A DNA stretch of 64,000 nt from Candidatus Hydrogenedentota bacterium (lineage in GTDB: Bacteria; Hydrogenedentota; Hydrogenedentia; Hydrogenedentales; SLHB01). The stretch is taken from positions 149,791-213,790 of the forward strand of contig CAXXTH010000022.1 of the NCBI GenBank assembly GCA_963668025.2. The letters are read 5' to 3'. Shown here one piece after another: positions 20,488-29,536 of the stretch (within the stretch, counting starts at the first letter, position 1; every line of letters begins with the position of its first letter). The notes under the pieces were generated by a model, which was not told the DNA's origin, ran no database searches, and saw only the letters and a program-made list of their open reading frames with translations. A program made the position numbers and the translations under genes.

Positions 20488-21273
20488 TTGAACGTACGAG
20501 CACTCGTCCTCACGGGTTTTGGCATCAATTGCGACCGGGAAACACAATTCGCGCTTGCGCGCGCGGGCGCGGATGCGCAACGGCTTCATTTGAATGACCT
20601 CATCGAGAAGCCCGCGCTTCTGGCGGAATATCATATTCTCGCGGTTCCGGGTGGATTTTCCTTTGGAGATGATGTGGCGTCCGGCAAAATATTCGCCAAC
20701 CGCCTCCGTTACCGCCTGGGCGAGCCGCTCAAACAATTTGTGGCTGCGGGCAAGCTGGCCATCGGCATCTGCAACGGTTTTCAGGTGCTCGTCAAGATGG
20801 GCATGCTGCCTATGTTCGACGGCGAATTCCGCCAGGAAACGACGCTCACGCACAATGATTCCGGACGTTTCGAGGACCGGTGGGTATGCCTGAAGACCGA
20901 TCCCGCCACGCGCTGCGTGTGGCTCAAGGGCATCAGCCAACTCGAATTGCCGGTGCGGCATGGCGAAGGGAAATTTATCCCAAAGGATGATGCCGTGCTC
21001 GAACGCTTGCGCGCGAATGGCCAAGTAGCACAGCGGTACGTGCATACGGACGGCACGCCCGCGCGGGGCGAATTCCCCGCCAATCCAAATGGAGCCGTGG
21101 ACGACATCGCGGGCATCTGCGATCCTTCCGGGCGCATATTTGGCCTTATGCCCCACCCGGAGGCGTATGTGGATCGGACAAACCATCCAGCATGGACGCG
21201 CCTCGAATTGCCCGAGGAAGGCGCAGGCCTCCAAATCTTCCGAAACGCCGTGGAATATGCGGCATCATTGTGA
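20488..21273 (+). CDS. purQ: FGAM synthase glutaminase subunit
   Basis: GFGINCDRET, PGGFSFGD, GICNGFQ, HGEG, NPNG, GLMPHPE. Confidence 0.96.
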   Translation: MNVRALVLTGFGINCDRETQFALARAGADAQRLHLNDLIEKPALLAEYHILAVPGGFSFGDDVASGKIFANRLRYRLGEPLKQFVAAGKLAIGICNGFQVLVKMGMLPMFDGEFRQETTLTHNDSGRFEDRWVCLKTDPATRCVWLKGISQLELPVRHGEGKFIPKDDAVLERLRANGQVAQRYVHTDGTPARGEFPANPNGAVDDIAGICDPSGRIFGLMPHPEAYVDRTNHPAWTRLELPEEGAGLQIFRNAVEYAASL

Positions 21274-21332
21274 TGAATATCTATCACATCATTGGTATGA
21301 CCCTACCGGGCATTTTCTAGGGATTTGCTTAC

Positions 21333-21394
21333 CCCCAGGGACGCCCTTGCCCTAAGGGCGGCCCTAGGCTGTTTTGGGCTGTCCCTTCGGGACA
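21333..21394. repeat. REP-like GC-rich palindromic cluster between convergent purQ and valS
   Basis: ccccagggacgcccttgccctaagggcggccctaggctg and tgtcccttcgggaca hairpins. Confidence 0.45.
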
Positions 21395-21474
21395 CATATC
21401 AATGTGCTATTGTTGTAAAAAAACGACTTTTAGCAGATTTTCCTGGCGTTGATGCTCTGCTATGAAAATACCGA

Positions 21475-24060
21475 TTACAGAGACACAATAACTGCCGCCA
21501 ATCCCGTTTCCGGCTCCCCTTCCTGCAACTCCACTTTTTCGATTTGCAGCATGCGCCGCACATCGTCAAACACGGCATCCAGGGCTTTCAACGTATCGGC
21601 TTTTGCCGCCACCTGGATGGAGGGCACGGGGGCTTTCATGCTCAGATTGGCTTCGGCTTTCGCCTTGCGGACGGCTTCGATGACGGCCACAGCGGCGGGA
21701 TACGCCTGTTCATGGACGGGCCTCGGGATATCGGCCAGTTCGTCCAAGCTGGGCCATGGGCTTTTATGCACCGATTCGGCCATGCCTTCGTCTTCGCTAT
21801 AACACCAATGCCATACGCCATCCGTCAGATAGGGCATGAAGGGCGCGAACAGGCGCACAAGCGCGCGGTGAAGCAGCCGCAAAGTCGTGCAGGCGGAAAG
21901 GCGGCCTTCCGTCAATTCTTCTTCGTAGGTGCGGGCCTTCGCCAATTCAAGATAGTTGTCACAGAAGGTTTGCCAGAAAAATTCTTCGGCCACTTGAAGC
22001 GCCTGGGCGTAATCGAAGGCATCGAAGGCCGCCGTAGCGCGCTGGATGACGGGGCGCAGCTCTTGAATCACCGCACGGTCTAATTCCGTGAACACATTAT
22101 CGGGCGTAAGAAGCGCAGCATCGATGTCCGCGAACCGCCCCACGGCGAATTTACTGGCGTTGAAGAGCTTGGTCGAGAGGCGCTTGCCGACCTTGAATAT
22201 CTGTTCATCGTATGCCGTATCGACGCCGAGCCGCGCCCGGGCGGCCCAATAGCGGACGCCATCCGCGCCGAATTCGTCGATAAGCGGCTCGGGCGTCACG
22301 ACGTTGCCCTGGCTCTTCGACATTTTCTTGCGGTCGGGATCCAAGATCCAGCCGCTGATCACCACATTCTTCCAGGGAATAGCGCCTTCGTGCAGATAGG
22401 CCTTCGCGATGGTGTAGAACGCCCAGGTGCGGATGATCTCGTGGCTTTGGGGCCGGATATCCATCGGGAACAAGCGGGCGTGGCGCGCCTTGTCCTCCGC
22501 CCAGCGTGTGGCGATCTGCGGCGTGAGCGAACTGGTGGCCCAAGTATCGAGCACATCGGGATCGCCCGTAAAGCCGCCCGGCTGATCACGCTGGTCTTCC
22601 GTATATCCGTGCGGCGCCTTATCGAGCGGGTCCACTGGAAGTTGTTCGGGACGCGGCACGATGGGGCGTTCATATTCGATATGGCCGTCGGCGTTGATGG
22701 GATACCACACGGGAATGGGTACGCCGAAAAAGCGCTGGCGGCTCAGGCACCAATCCTGATTGAGCCCCTCGACCCATCGTTCGTAGCGGATGCCCATATG
22801 TTCGGGATGCCATTGAATTTTTTGGCCCTGTGCAAGCAGAGCATCTTGGTGTTCGAGGATGCGGCAATACCATTGGCGTGTGGGCACCAGTTCGAGGGGG
22901 CGGTCGCCTTTCTCGAAGAAGCGCACGGCATGGGTAATCTCTTGTTTAGGCCGGTCCACCAGGCCTTCACACAATTCCGCAAGCTCCATGATGCGGTTCT
23001 TAGCTTGCTTAATGGTAAGGCCTTCGAGCTGGCCATACACCTCGTTGGCGGCATCGGGATTGAGGCTGTCCCAGCCCGGTTTGCCGAATGTCGTTGGCAT
23101 GAGGCGGCCATCGCGCCCGATGATTTGGCGCAACGGCAATTCGTAGCGCCGCCACCACTCGACGTCCGTCTGATCGCCGAAGGTGCAGACCATCACGACA
23201 CCCGTGCCCTTTTCAGGGTCCGCATGCGGATCGGCCATGATCGGCACAGGCGCCTGGAACAACGGTGTTACGGCGCGTTTGCCGATGAAGGCGCGGTAGC
23301 GTTCGTCATCAGGATGGACCAGCACCGCCACGCAGGCGGCAAGGAGTTCGGGGCGCGTCGTGGCGATCACCAAATAGTCGGAAGCGCCTTCGATGCCGAA
23401 TCGGAGGAAATGGTATGCCCCCGCAACATCCTTATCCACGACTTCCGCCTGGGCGATAGCGGTGCGATAATCGATATCCCACATAACGGGCCGTTCGGCC
23501 TGATAGATCTCCCCCTTTTCCAGCAGCTCCAGGAAGCTTATTTGGGAGGTGCGGCGGCAATGCTCGTCGATGGTGGCGTACTCGAGGGTCCAGTCATACG
23601 ACATGCCCAGCCGGGTCCATAAGCGGCGGAAGGCGGCTTCATCTTCCACGGTCAGTTCATTGCACAACGCAATAAAATTGCTGCGGCTTACCGGTTTCGG
23701 GTCGCCTTTCGCGCCGCGAACGGCGGAAAAAGAGGGGTCATAATGCAGATGCGGTTCGCAGCGCACATTGAAGACATTCTGCACGCGCCGCTCGGTAGGC
23801 AAACCGTTATCATCCCAGCCGATGGGAAAGAAGATGTTCTTCCCGCGCATGCGCTGGTAGCGCACGATAAAATCCTGGTGGGAGTAGCTGAAGAGGTGCC
23901 CTACGTGGAGGGAACCGCTAACCGTGGGCGGCGGGGTATCCACGGCGAAAGTCTCTTCGCGGCCGCGTGAAGGGTTCCAAGCATAGAGCTTTGTCTGCTC
24001 CCATTCCTGCATCCAATACTCTTCAATGGCATGCACATCATATTTATCCGGCAATTTCAT
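21475..24060 (-). CDS. valS: Valine--tRNA ligase, short (archaeal-like) type
   Basis: DTPPPTVSGSLHVGH, TTRPE, KGTG, DWCLSRQR, KMSKS; no C-terminal coiled-coil arm. Confidence 0.95.
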   Translation of the reverse strand: MKLPDKYDVHAIEEYWMQEWEQTKLYAWNPSRGREETFAVDTPPPTVSGSLHVGHLFSYSHQDFIVRYQRMRGKNIFFPIGWDDNGLPTERRVQNVFNVRCEPHLHYDPSFSAVRGAKGDPKPVSRSNFIALCNELTVEDEAAFRRLWTRLGMSYDWTLEYATIDEHCRRTSQISFLELLEKGEIYQAERPVMWDIDYRTAIAQAEVVDKDVAGAYHFLRFGIEGASDYLVIATTRPELLAACVAVLVHPDDERYRAFIGKRAVTPLFQAPVPIMADPHADPEKGTGVVMVCTFGDQTDVEWWRRYELPLRQIIGRDGRLMPTTFGKPGWDSLNPDAANEVYGQLEGLTIKQAKNRIMELAELCEGLVDRPKQEITHAVRFFEKGDRPLELVPTRQWYCRILEHQDALLAQGQKIQWHPEHMGIRYERWVEGLNQDWCLSRQRFFGVPIPVWYPINADGHIEYERPIVPRPEQLPVDPLDKAPHGYTEDQRDQPGGFTGDPDVLDTWATSSLTPQIATRWAEDKARHARLFPMDIRPQSHEIIRTWAFYTIAKAYLHEGAIPWKNVVISGWILDPDRKKMSKSQGNVVTPEPLIDEFGADGVRYWAARARLGVDTAYDEQIFKVGKRLSTKLFNASKFAVGRFADIDAALLTPDNVFTELDRAVIQELRPVIQRATAAFDAFDYAQALQVAEEFFWQTFCDNYLELAKARTYEEELTEGRLSACTTLRLLHRALVRLFAPFMPYLTDGVWHWCYSEDEGMAESVHKSPWPSLDELADIPRPVHEQAYPAAVAVIEAVRKAKAEANLSMKAPVPSIQVAAKADTLKALDAVFDDVRRMLQIEKVELQEGEPETGLAAVIVSL

Positions 24061-24145
24061 AACTCACTCCTGCGAAGGGCTTTGTAAAGAAAATTCGCCA
24101 GCGGCGCGCGGAAATGCTCCGCCCCGGCAAATTCAATGCGCTGCG

Positions 24146-24784
24146 TTACATACTGAGTCCAGCGAATGAAAGCACTGGGTCTATAAACACACTAAATGCT
24201 ATTTTAAAAACTGGTTTGGCCGCGAATATGGCGATGATAATACCGAATGGCCCAATGCGTTCGAGTATTTGCTGGCCACTCGGCGGCAGAAAATAATACA
24301 GCACATGGTGGCCATCCAGTGGTGGAACAGGAATAATATTGAACACCGCCAGCACCAGATTAATCACGATCATATAGTATAAAAAAAAGCCGAGGAGGAA
24401 AGGGAGCTCTATAGTCCCTATTGTCACGATGAGGATCCGGCTGATAAATACGAACAAAAATGCGAGCAAAAGATTGGAAACAGGGCCCGCGATAGCAATG
24501 AATACGGGATCACGGCGTATATCGTGCAAGTTTCGGGGATTGAATGGAACGGGTTTTGCCCAGCCAAACAGGAAAGGCAGATGAGAAAACATCATAAGCA
24601 GCGGCATGAGCACGGTGCCGATGGGGTCAATGTGCGCTAATGGATTCAGCGTGGCCCGGCCTAAAAGACGGGCGGATGGATCTCCGCATCGATCCGCCAT
24701 AGCCGCATGGGCCGCTTCATGTATGCTGAGCGAAAATAAAAAGCAAACATAGCCGACAATCATCATGGGCAAATCGGATGCCAC
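24146..24784 (-). CDS. Site-2 protease, peptidase M50 family
   Basis: HEAAH, TLNPLAHID, GWAKPVP, AGPVSN, FNIIPVPPLDG. Confidence 0.93.
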   Translation of the reverse strand: MASDLPMMIVGYVCFLFSLSIHEAAHAAMADRCGDPSARLLGRATLNPLAHIDPIGTVLMPLLMMFSHLPFLFGWAKPVPFNPRNLHDIRRDPVFIAIAGPVSNLLLAFLFVFISRILIVTIGTIELPFLLGFFLYYMIVINLVLAVFNIIPVPPLDGHHVLYYFLPPSGQQILERIGPFGIIIAIFAAKPVFKIAFSVFIDPVLSFAGLSM

Positions 24785-24815
24785 GGTTAATCCCCTTCTG
24801 TTAATAGAACTCCGT

Positions 24816-24870
24816 ACTATACGAGATCACAAGACCGCCAGTCAAAAACGAGGGCAGTCAAAAACGAGGG
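24816..24870 (-). promoter_or_regulatory. Promoter of the M50 protease gene, with a 16-bp tandem duplication covering the -35 box
   Basis: Minus strand TTGACT-18 nt-TATAGT; cagtcaaaaacgaggg repeated twice at 24839-24870. Confidence 0.5.
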
Positions 24871-25029
24871 CTTGGGTAAGAAGCTTAAGAAACGGCAATG
24901 AGATAACACCCATTTGTGGAATGGCTTGCAAAGGTTTCTGGGAACTCCTATAATAACAATCGCCCAGCGAGAGAAGAAGGTGAAACATGTGTGCCGAAAG
25001 TATCTAAGCGCCTTGAAGGAGACGGCCCC

Positions 25030-25362
25030 GTGACAATGACGAAACGCGAGCTCGTGATTCGAGTAGCGAATAAGTTAGGCATGACACAAAGCGATGTAGC
25101 GAAGATCGTGGAAGGCATTTTCGAGACCATTTCGCGTTCGCTGGCTGCGGGCGAGCGGTGGGAATTGCGTGATTTCGGCGTCTTCGAGGTCAAAACACGC
25201 GCTTCACGTATCGGCCGCAATCCCCGCACGGGAGATCAGGTTCCCGTGCCTGAACGCAAAGTGGTGACTTTCCGGCCAGGTAAAAAGATGAAGGAACTTA
25301 TTTCCGATAATACCATTGGCGTTTCTGTATCTTCCGAAGAGACGGCATCCGCCATAGAGTAA
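25030..25362 (+). CDS. HU/IHF family DNA-binding protein
   Basis: MTKRELV..ELRDFGVFEVKTRASRIGRNPRTG..VTFRPGK; GAAGGAG RBS before the GTG at 25030. Confidence 0.93.
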   Translation: MTMTKRELVIRVANKLGMTQSDVAKIVEGIFETISRSLAAGERWELRDFGVFEVKTRASRIGRNPRTGDQVPVPERKVVTFRPGKKMKELISDNTIGVSVSSEETASAIE

Positions 25363-25413
25363 TGAATCCGATTTTTTGAAACTGTAATTATAGCATTGTC
25401 AATTACTTACAAA

Positions 25414-25445
25414 CGCTAGGGGCGGTTAGGCAACCGCCCCTAGCG
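25414..25445. terminator. Perfect 14-bp hairpin after HU/IHF
   Basis: cgctaggggcggtt-aggc-aaccgcccctagcg; weak U-tract. Confidence 0.55.
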
Positions 25446-25489
25446 TGTCTCATAACCTACCTCTCTCATTTTTGGGATGGCTGAATCTC

Positions 25490-26215
25490 ATGATGATACT
25501 TGCAGCCGATACGGGAACATCCATTCTGGGTGTGGCCGTGTGCGACGAAAACCGCATACTCGCGGAGACCACGGTCTTTTGCGGGCGGGCGCATTCGGAG
25601 CGTTTTTTGGAAACCATGGATTGGGTGCTGCGCGAGAGTGGGGCAACGCTCGGCGATATCGATTTGCTGGCGATTGGCATTGGACCAGGTTCATTCACGG
25701 GACTGCGCGTTGGGGCCGCCGCGATGAAGGGCTTGGCACTCGGCTATTCTTTGCCTCTCATGGGCGTGCCGTCTTTGGACGCCATGGCCCGCCTTGCGGT
25801 TTTCGGAAATGCTACGGTGATGCCGCTCCTCGATGCTAAAATGAGCGAGGTTTTTGGCGCTATCTATACGTTTAACAACGGTATCCGCACCAAGCACACA
25901 CCGGATATGGTTTGCCCGATCGAGAAACTGCTTGGCCAGCTTGATGCAATCGAATCTCATGGCGGGGTGTATGTTCTTGGAGATGGGGCCACGCGTTACG
26001 CCGAGGCCATTCGTACGCGTGTGCCAGAGGCCGTTTTTTTACCCCCTCCCTGCAACATTCCTCGCGCATCGGCCATTGCATATGAAGCCGCGGAACGGCT
26101 GGCCGCCGGAGCGCCAGCGGATGCCGCATCGGTGGCGCCTGTTTATTTGAGGAAATCCCAAGCGGAAGAGGCGCGTGAAGCCCATGCCAGATCAGGCTCA
26201 AAAGCCACGCATTAA
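25490..26215 (+). CDS. tsaB: tRNA t6A biosynthesis protein TsaB
   Basis: ILAADT, HSE, GIGPGSFTGLRVG, LDAKMSEV, PVYLRKSQAE. Confidence 0.93.
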   Translation: MMILAADTGTSILGVAVCDENRILAETTVFCGRAHSERFLETMDWVLRESGATLGDIDLLAIGIGPGSFTGLRVGAAAMKGLALGYSLPLMGVPSLDAMARLAVFGNATVMPLLDAKMSEVFGAIYTFNNGIRTKHTPDMVCPIEKLLGQLDAIESHGGVYVLGDGATRYAEAIRTRVPEAVFLPPPCNIPRASAIAYEAAERLAAGAPADAASVAPVYLRKSQAEEAREAHARSGSKATH

Positions 26216-26693
26216 GGCGGAAAACGCCTCATTCGTGCGCCTGGCCGAGGAACACATTGGCGGCATACTCGCCATTGAGGCCGAGGCTTATCCTGAAGCA
26301 TGGTCGGAACAGATGTTCCAAGACGAGATATGCCACCCGCACTCCCATTTTTATGTCATGATGCTGGATGGGCAAATCGTAGGATATGGCGGTTTTTGGC
26401 TGGTGCTGGATGAGGCGCACATCACAAGCATAACCGTCCGCCAGGATTACCGCGGGAAAGGGCTGGGCCGCATACTCCTGGCTTACCTGCTCAATTTATC
26501 CGAAAAGCTGGGGGCGGTCATGGCGGCGCTTGAAGTGCGCATGTCTAATGTCATCGCGCAAAATCTCTACGGTAGTGAAGGCTTCGAACCCATTGGAATA
26601 CGGCGTAAATATTACGCCAAAACGGGTGAGGACGCCATGGTCATGGTTTTGCAGTATGAAAAGCGCCCTGGCCGGCAGCCTAGTGGAAAATAA
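26184..26693 (+). CDS. rimI: Ribosomal-protein-alanine N-acetyltransferase
   Basis: GFWLVLDEAHITSITV..YRGKGLG, LEVRMSN..AQNLY..GF..IGIRRKYY..EDAMVM; follows tsaB. Confidence 0.92.
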   Translation: MPDQAQKPRIKAENASFVRLAEEHIGGILAIEAEAYPEAWSEQMFQDEICHPHSHFYVMMLDGQIVGYGGFWLVLDEAHITSITVRQDYRGKGLGRILLAYLLNLSEKLGAVMAALEVRMSNVIAQNLYGSEGFEPIGIRRKYYAKTGEDAMVMVLQYEKRPGRQPSGK

Positions 26694-28585
26694 ATCGAGT
26701 AGGGGGGTTCCTCACGGTCCCCCCCTCTCACACCACCGGGCATACCTGCTCGGTACCACGGCGGTTTCGGTCATTTTTGAACGTTTCGTACCGTTGAACC
26801 GGGTCTATCAGTTTTTGTTTCGCGAACCATTGTTTGTCCATGGCGTGTTGCGCGGGAGGACTCCCCGCTTTGCGCCACCAGCCCTTCCCGGACCCTGCGA
26901 GTATCCATGCCTGAAATTGCGGCACGCCTAGTTTTCTAAGGAAGTCCGCTATGGTTTTCGTGCGCTTGAGGCGTTTGAGGATGACGCAGCGCAGTTTGCG
27001 CCGCATCCATTCCCCGAGGCGTTCCAGATGGCCCTTTGCTTCGGCAAACCGATAGTAGGTTATCCAGCCGCTCAGGAAGCTGTTGAGCTCCTCAATCATC
27101 TGGCGCACTTTGGCGTCGCCGCGGTTGCGTCGCGTGATGTCGCGGATGCGGTCTTTCGCCCGGTCGAGGCTCTTGGGCGCGATGCCCAATCGCCCCCCAC
27201 CCAGCAAGCGATAACCCAAAAATTTCCGCTCTCCCACGAACGCCACCGCGCTCTTCTCGCGGTTCACCCGTAGTTTCAGCTTCCCCTCAAGGAACTGCGT
27301 GACCGATGTCAGGACACGTTCTCCCGCGCGTATCGTCTGCACGTAAATGTTGCAGTCGTCCGCATAGCGGCAAAAACGATGCCCTCGTTTCTCCAACTCC
27401 TTGTCCAGGTCGTCCAAGAGCAGGTTGGCCAGCAGCGGCGATAGAGGACCGCCTTGCGGGGTCCCTTCGTATCGTTCGATGCATACGCCGTTCTGCATCA
27501 TGCCGACTTCAAGAAACCAGCGGATGAGTCGGAGTACGCGTTTGTCTGACACGTGCCGCGCCACGCGCGCCATCAGGATGTCGTGGTTGACCCGGTCGAA
27601 GAATTTTTCCAGGTCCATGTCCACAACAATGCAGCGGCCTTCGCTTACGTACGTGCTGGCTTGCCGCAGCGCCTGATGTGCATTGTGCCTTGGACGAAAT
27701 CCATAACTGCTTTCCGAGAAGGCCGGGTCTAGAAGCGGTTCGAGAGCCTGCAAGAGCGCTTGTTGCACGACTCGGTCCACCACCGTCGGAATGCCCAGTT
27801 GCCGCATCCCCCCGCCCGGCTTGGGGATTTGCACTCCCAACACCGGTTGGGGACGGTAGCGCCCTGCCGTCAGTTCCTCTTGCAGTCCCCGCCAGTGTTC
27901 CGGAAACCAACGCTTCAGGTCGCGTACGCTCATGCCGTCCGCACCCGCCGCGCCTTTGTTCCGTTGCACCCGGCGTACCGCTTCCGTCAGGTTCGCAAGA
28001 CTCGCGACCCGTTCCATCAAGTCTTGCGTCAAGGCTCGCCTCTTGTTCGCCGCCGGGGATAGTTGCCGCGCCTCGAACGCATCCGATTCGGTTCCGCCTT
28101 CTCCGATTGCGCCGTGGCAAGCCGACTCCAGTGGGAACTCCATCTGGCAACCTGCTACTTCCTGCCGCTCCCTATCCCACGAGACGTTCAATGCTGCTCC
28201 TTGAATGATCGATTCGGCCCTTCCCCTTGCGGGTATTATGGCCTCGGCTGACTCCTGCCCACCCCTCGCGACATGTTGCCATCCCGCTAGTCTGGCTCTT
28301 CCAGACAGATGAACAGGTCTCCCAAGGTAAGACGCGCCTCTTTCCGCCGGGCCTCGCCGGATTTACCAAGGTGTGTCCGAATGGTTATTGGGCGTCGCCA
28401 TCCATTGCTGGCTTGCCCCGCCACCCCGGCCTTCTATCCGGTTTCTGTGCGTCGAGTCCGACTTTTGCCTCCTGCTTCCTCCAGACCCCGCCTCGCGGCG
28501 ACGCCCTTGCTCTTGGCTAGCAATTCCCACCATCAGGGCTTGCAGGGGACTTACACCCCTTAGATCCGCGCCATGCTTGGCACAC
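26694..28585 (-). mobile_element. Complete group II intron, class IIC (1892 nt)
   Basis: 5' end GTGTGCCAAGCATGGCG at 28585. 3' end has domain V (GAAACCGCCGTGGTACCGAGCAGGTATGCCCGGTGGTGTGAGAGG) and domain VI ending CTACTCGAT at 26694. Inserted right after a terminator hairpin. Confidence 0.93.
26728..28191 (-). CDS. ltrA: Group II intron reverse transcriptase/maturase (no endonuclease domain)
   Basis: NKGAAGADG, IPKPGGGMRQLGIPTVVDR, DLEKFFD, GTPQGGPLSPLL, RYADD, FLGY, GWITYY; AAGGAG RBS before the TTG start. Confidence 0.95.
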   Translation of the reverse strand: MNVSWDRERQEVAGCQMEFPLESACHGAIGEGGTESDAFEARQLSPAANKRRALTQDLMERVASLANLTEAVRRVQRNKGAAGADGMSVRDLKRWFPEHWRGLQEELTAGRYRPQPVLGVQIPKPGGGMRQLGIPTVVDRVVQQALLQALEPLLDPAFSESSYGFRPRHNAHQALRQASTYVSEGRCIVVDMDLEKFFDRVNHDILMARVARHVSDKRVLRLIRWFLEVGMMQNGVCIERYEGTPQGGPLSPLLANLLLDDLDKELEKRGHRFCRYADDCNIYVQTIRAGERVLTSVTQFLEGKLKLRVNREKSAVAFVGERKFLGYRLLGGGRLGIAPKSLDRAKDRIRDITRRNRGDAKVRQMIEELNSFLSGWITYYRFAEAKGHLERLGEWMRRKLRCVILKRLKRTKTIADFLRKLGVPQFQAWILAGSGKGWWRKAGSPPAQHAMDKQWFAKQKLIDPVQRYETFKNDRNRRGTEQVCPVV

Positions 28586-28627
28586 AAAGAAGCAGCCGAA
28601 GGCGCTTAAAAAAGCAGCCCTCGGCTG
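28586..28627 (-). terminator. Ferritin terminator hairpin, the target site of the IIC intron
   Basis: Minus strand cagccgagggc..gccttcggctg-cttcttt immediately followed by the intron's GTGTG. Confidence 0.75.
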
Positions 28628-28647
28628 AAACACGTATTGATATCGGT

Positions 28648-29160
28648 TTACTCTGAAGAGGAAGAAGCGCTTGCTTGGCGCTGTCCAAGCTGGCGGTCCA
28701 TCATGAACATCCCGCCTGGCGCATCTTTCACCATATTCAAATCATGCACCAGCTTCGATGCATTCGCTTCTTCTTCGACTTGCTCCGTCACGAACCATTG
28801 CAGAAACATTTCCGTGGCATAATCCTTTTCGCCACGGGCAAGCTCAACCAGATTATGGATACAGCTTGTGACGTATTTTTCATGTTTGAGCGTTGCTTCA
28901 AACACGGCCAAGGGAGATGCAAATTTCGCTTCTGGCTTGGCAATAGCTTCAAATTCCACGCATGAGCCCGAGCTGACCGCATACCGGTAAAATTTGACCG
29001 CATGCCCCATCTCTTCTTGGGCCTGGATTTCCATCCAATGGGCGAATCCTGCAAAGCTCTCCGCCTCAAAATAGGCCGCCATGGACCAATAGAGATATGC
29101 GGAATACAACTCCGCATTTAGTTGCTTGTTCAAGGCTTCCGCCATTTGTTTACTGGCCAT
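28648..29160 (-). CDS. ftnA: Non-heme ferritin
   Basis: LNKQLNAELYSAYLYWSM, QAQEEMGHA, HEKYVT, FLQWFVTEQVEEE. Confidence 0.93.
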   Translation of the reverse strand: MASKQMAEALNKQLNAELYSAYLYWSMAAYFEAESFAGFAHWMEIQAQEEMGHAVKFYRYAVSSGSCVEFEAIAKPEAKFASPLAVFEATLKHEKYVTSCIHNLVELARGEKDYATEMFLQWFVTEQVEEEANASKLVHDLNMVKDAPGGMFMMDRQLGQRQASASSSSE

Positions 29161-29536
29161 ACTCTATCCTTTCATCCGCCAAATACTGGCAATCAGGCAT
29201 ACTCAGCCTACGACAGTTTCCCGCCTCCGCCTTTAGTCAATACGAGCAAGAGCTCTTCCCAAACCGGCAGGGTTTCCGCAGTACGGGGCTGTTTTGAGAT
29301 TTTGCGTGTATGCTTCATTTGGCAATTCCTCCAAGTTTTTTGACTCATGTACCCATAAGCCTCACCCACTGACGATCATTTCAGCGCCATGAGAAGCTCT
29401 GTAACGGCGTAAAACTATCACAAGGCTTGCTGGCAAAGCAAGAATATGCGATCTTAATAAACGTTAATGGCCCCTGAAAGGGGCCTTTAACTGGTGAATT
29501 CATTATAGAACCCTGCGGCAGTAGTCCTCGAGATGT

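Noticed and set aside
22390-23622. 410-aa plus-strand ORF, and similar long shadow ORFs such as 17226-18377, 16256-17191 and 6140-7033
   Set aside because: Antisense to well-supported genes in GC-rich DNA, with no recognisable motifs.
26728-28191. RT as a diversity-generating retroelement or retron acting on the DUF1559 genes
   Set aside because: The RT lies inside clear group II intron ends with domains V/VI and has YADD plus a maturase domain. I saw no template/variable repeat pair with adenine-specific differences, and the DUF1559 paralogs differ largely at synonymous sites in their conserved parts.
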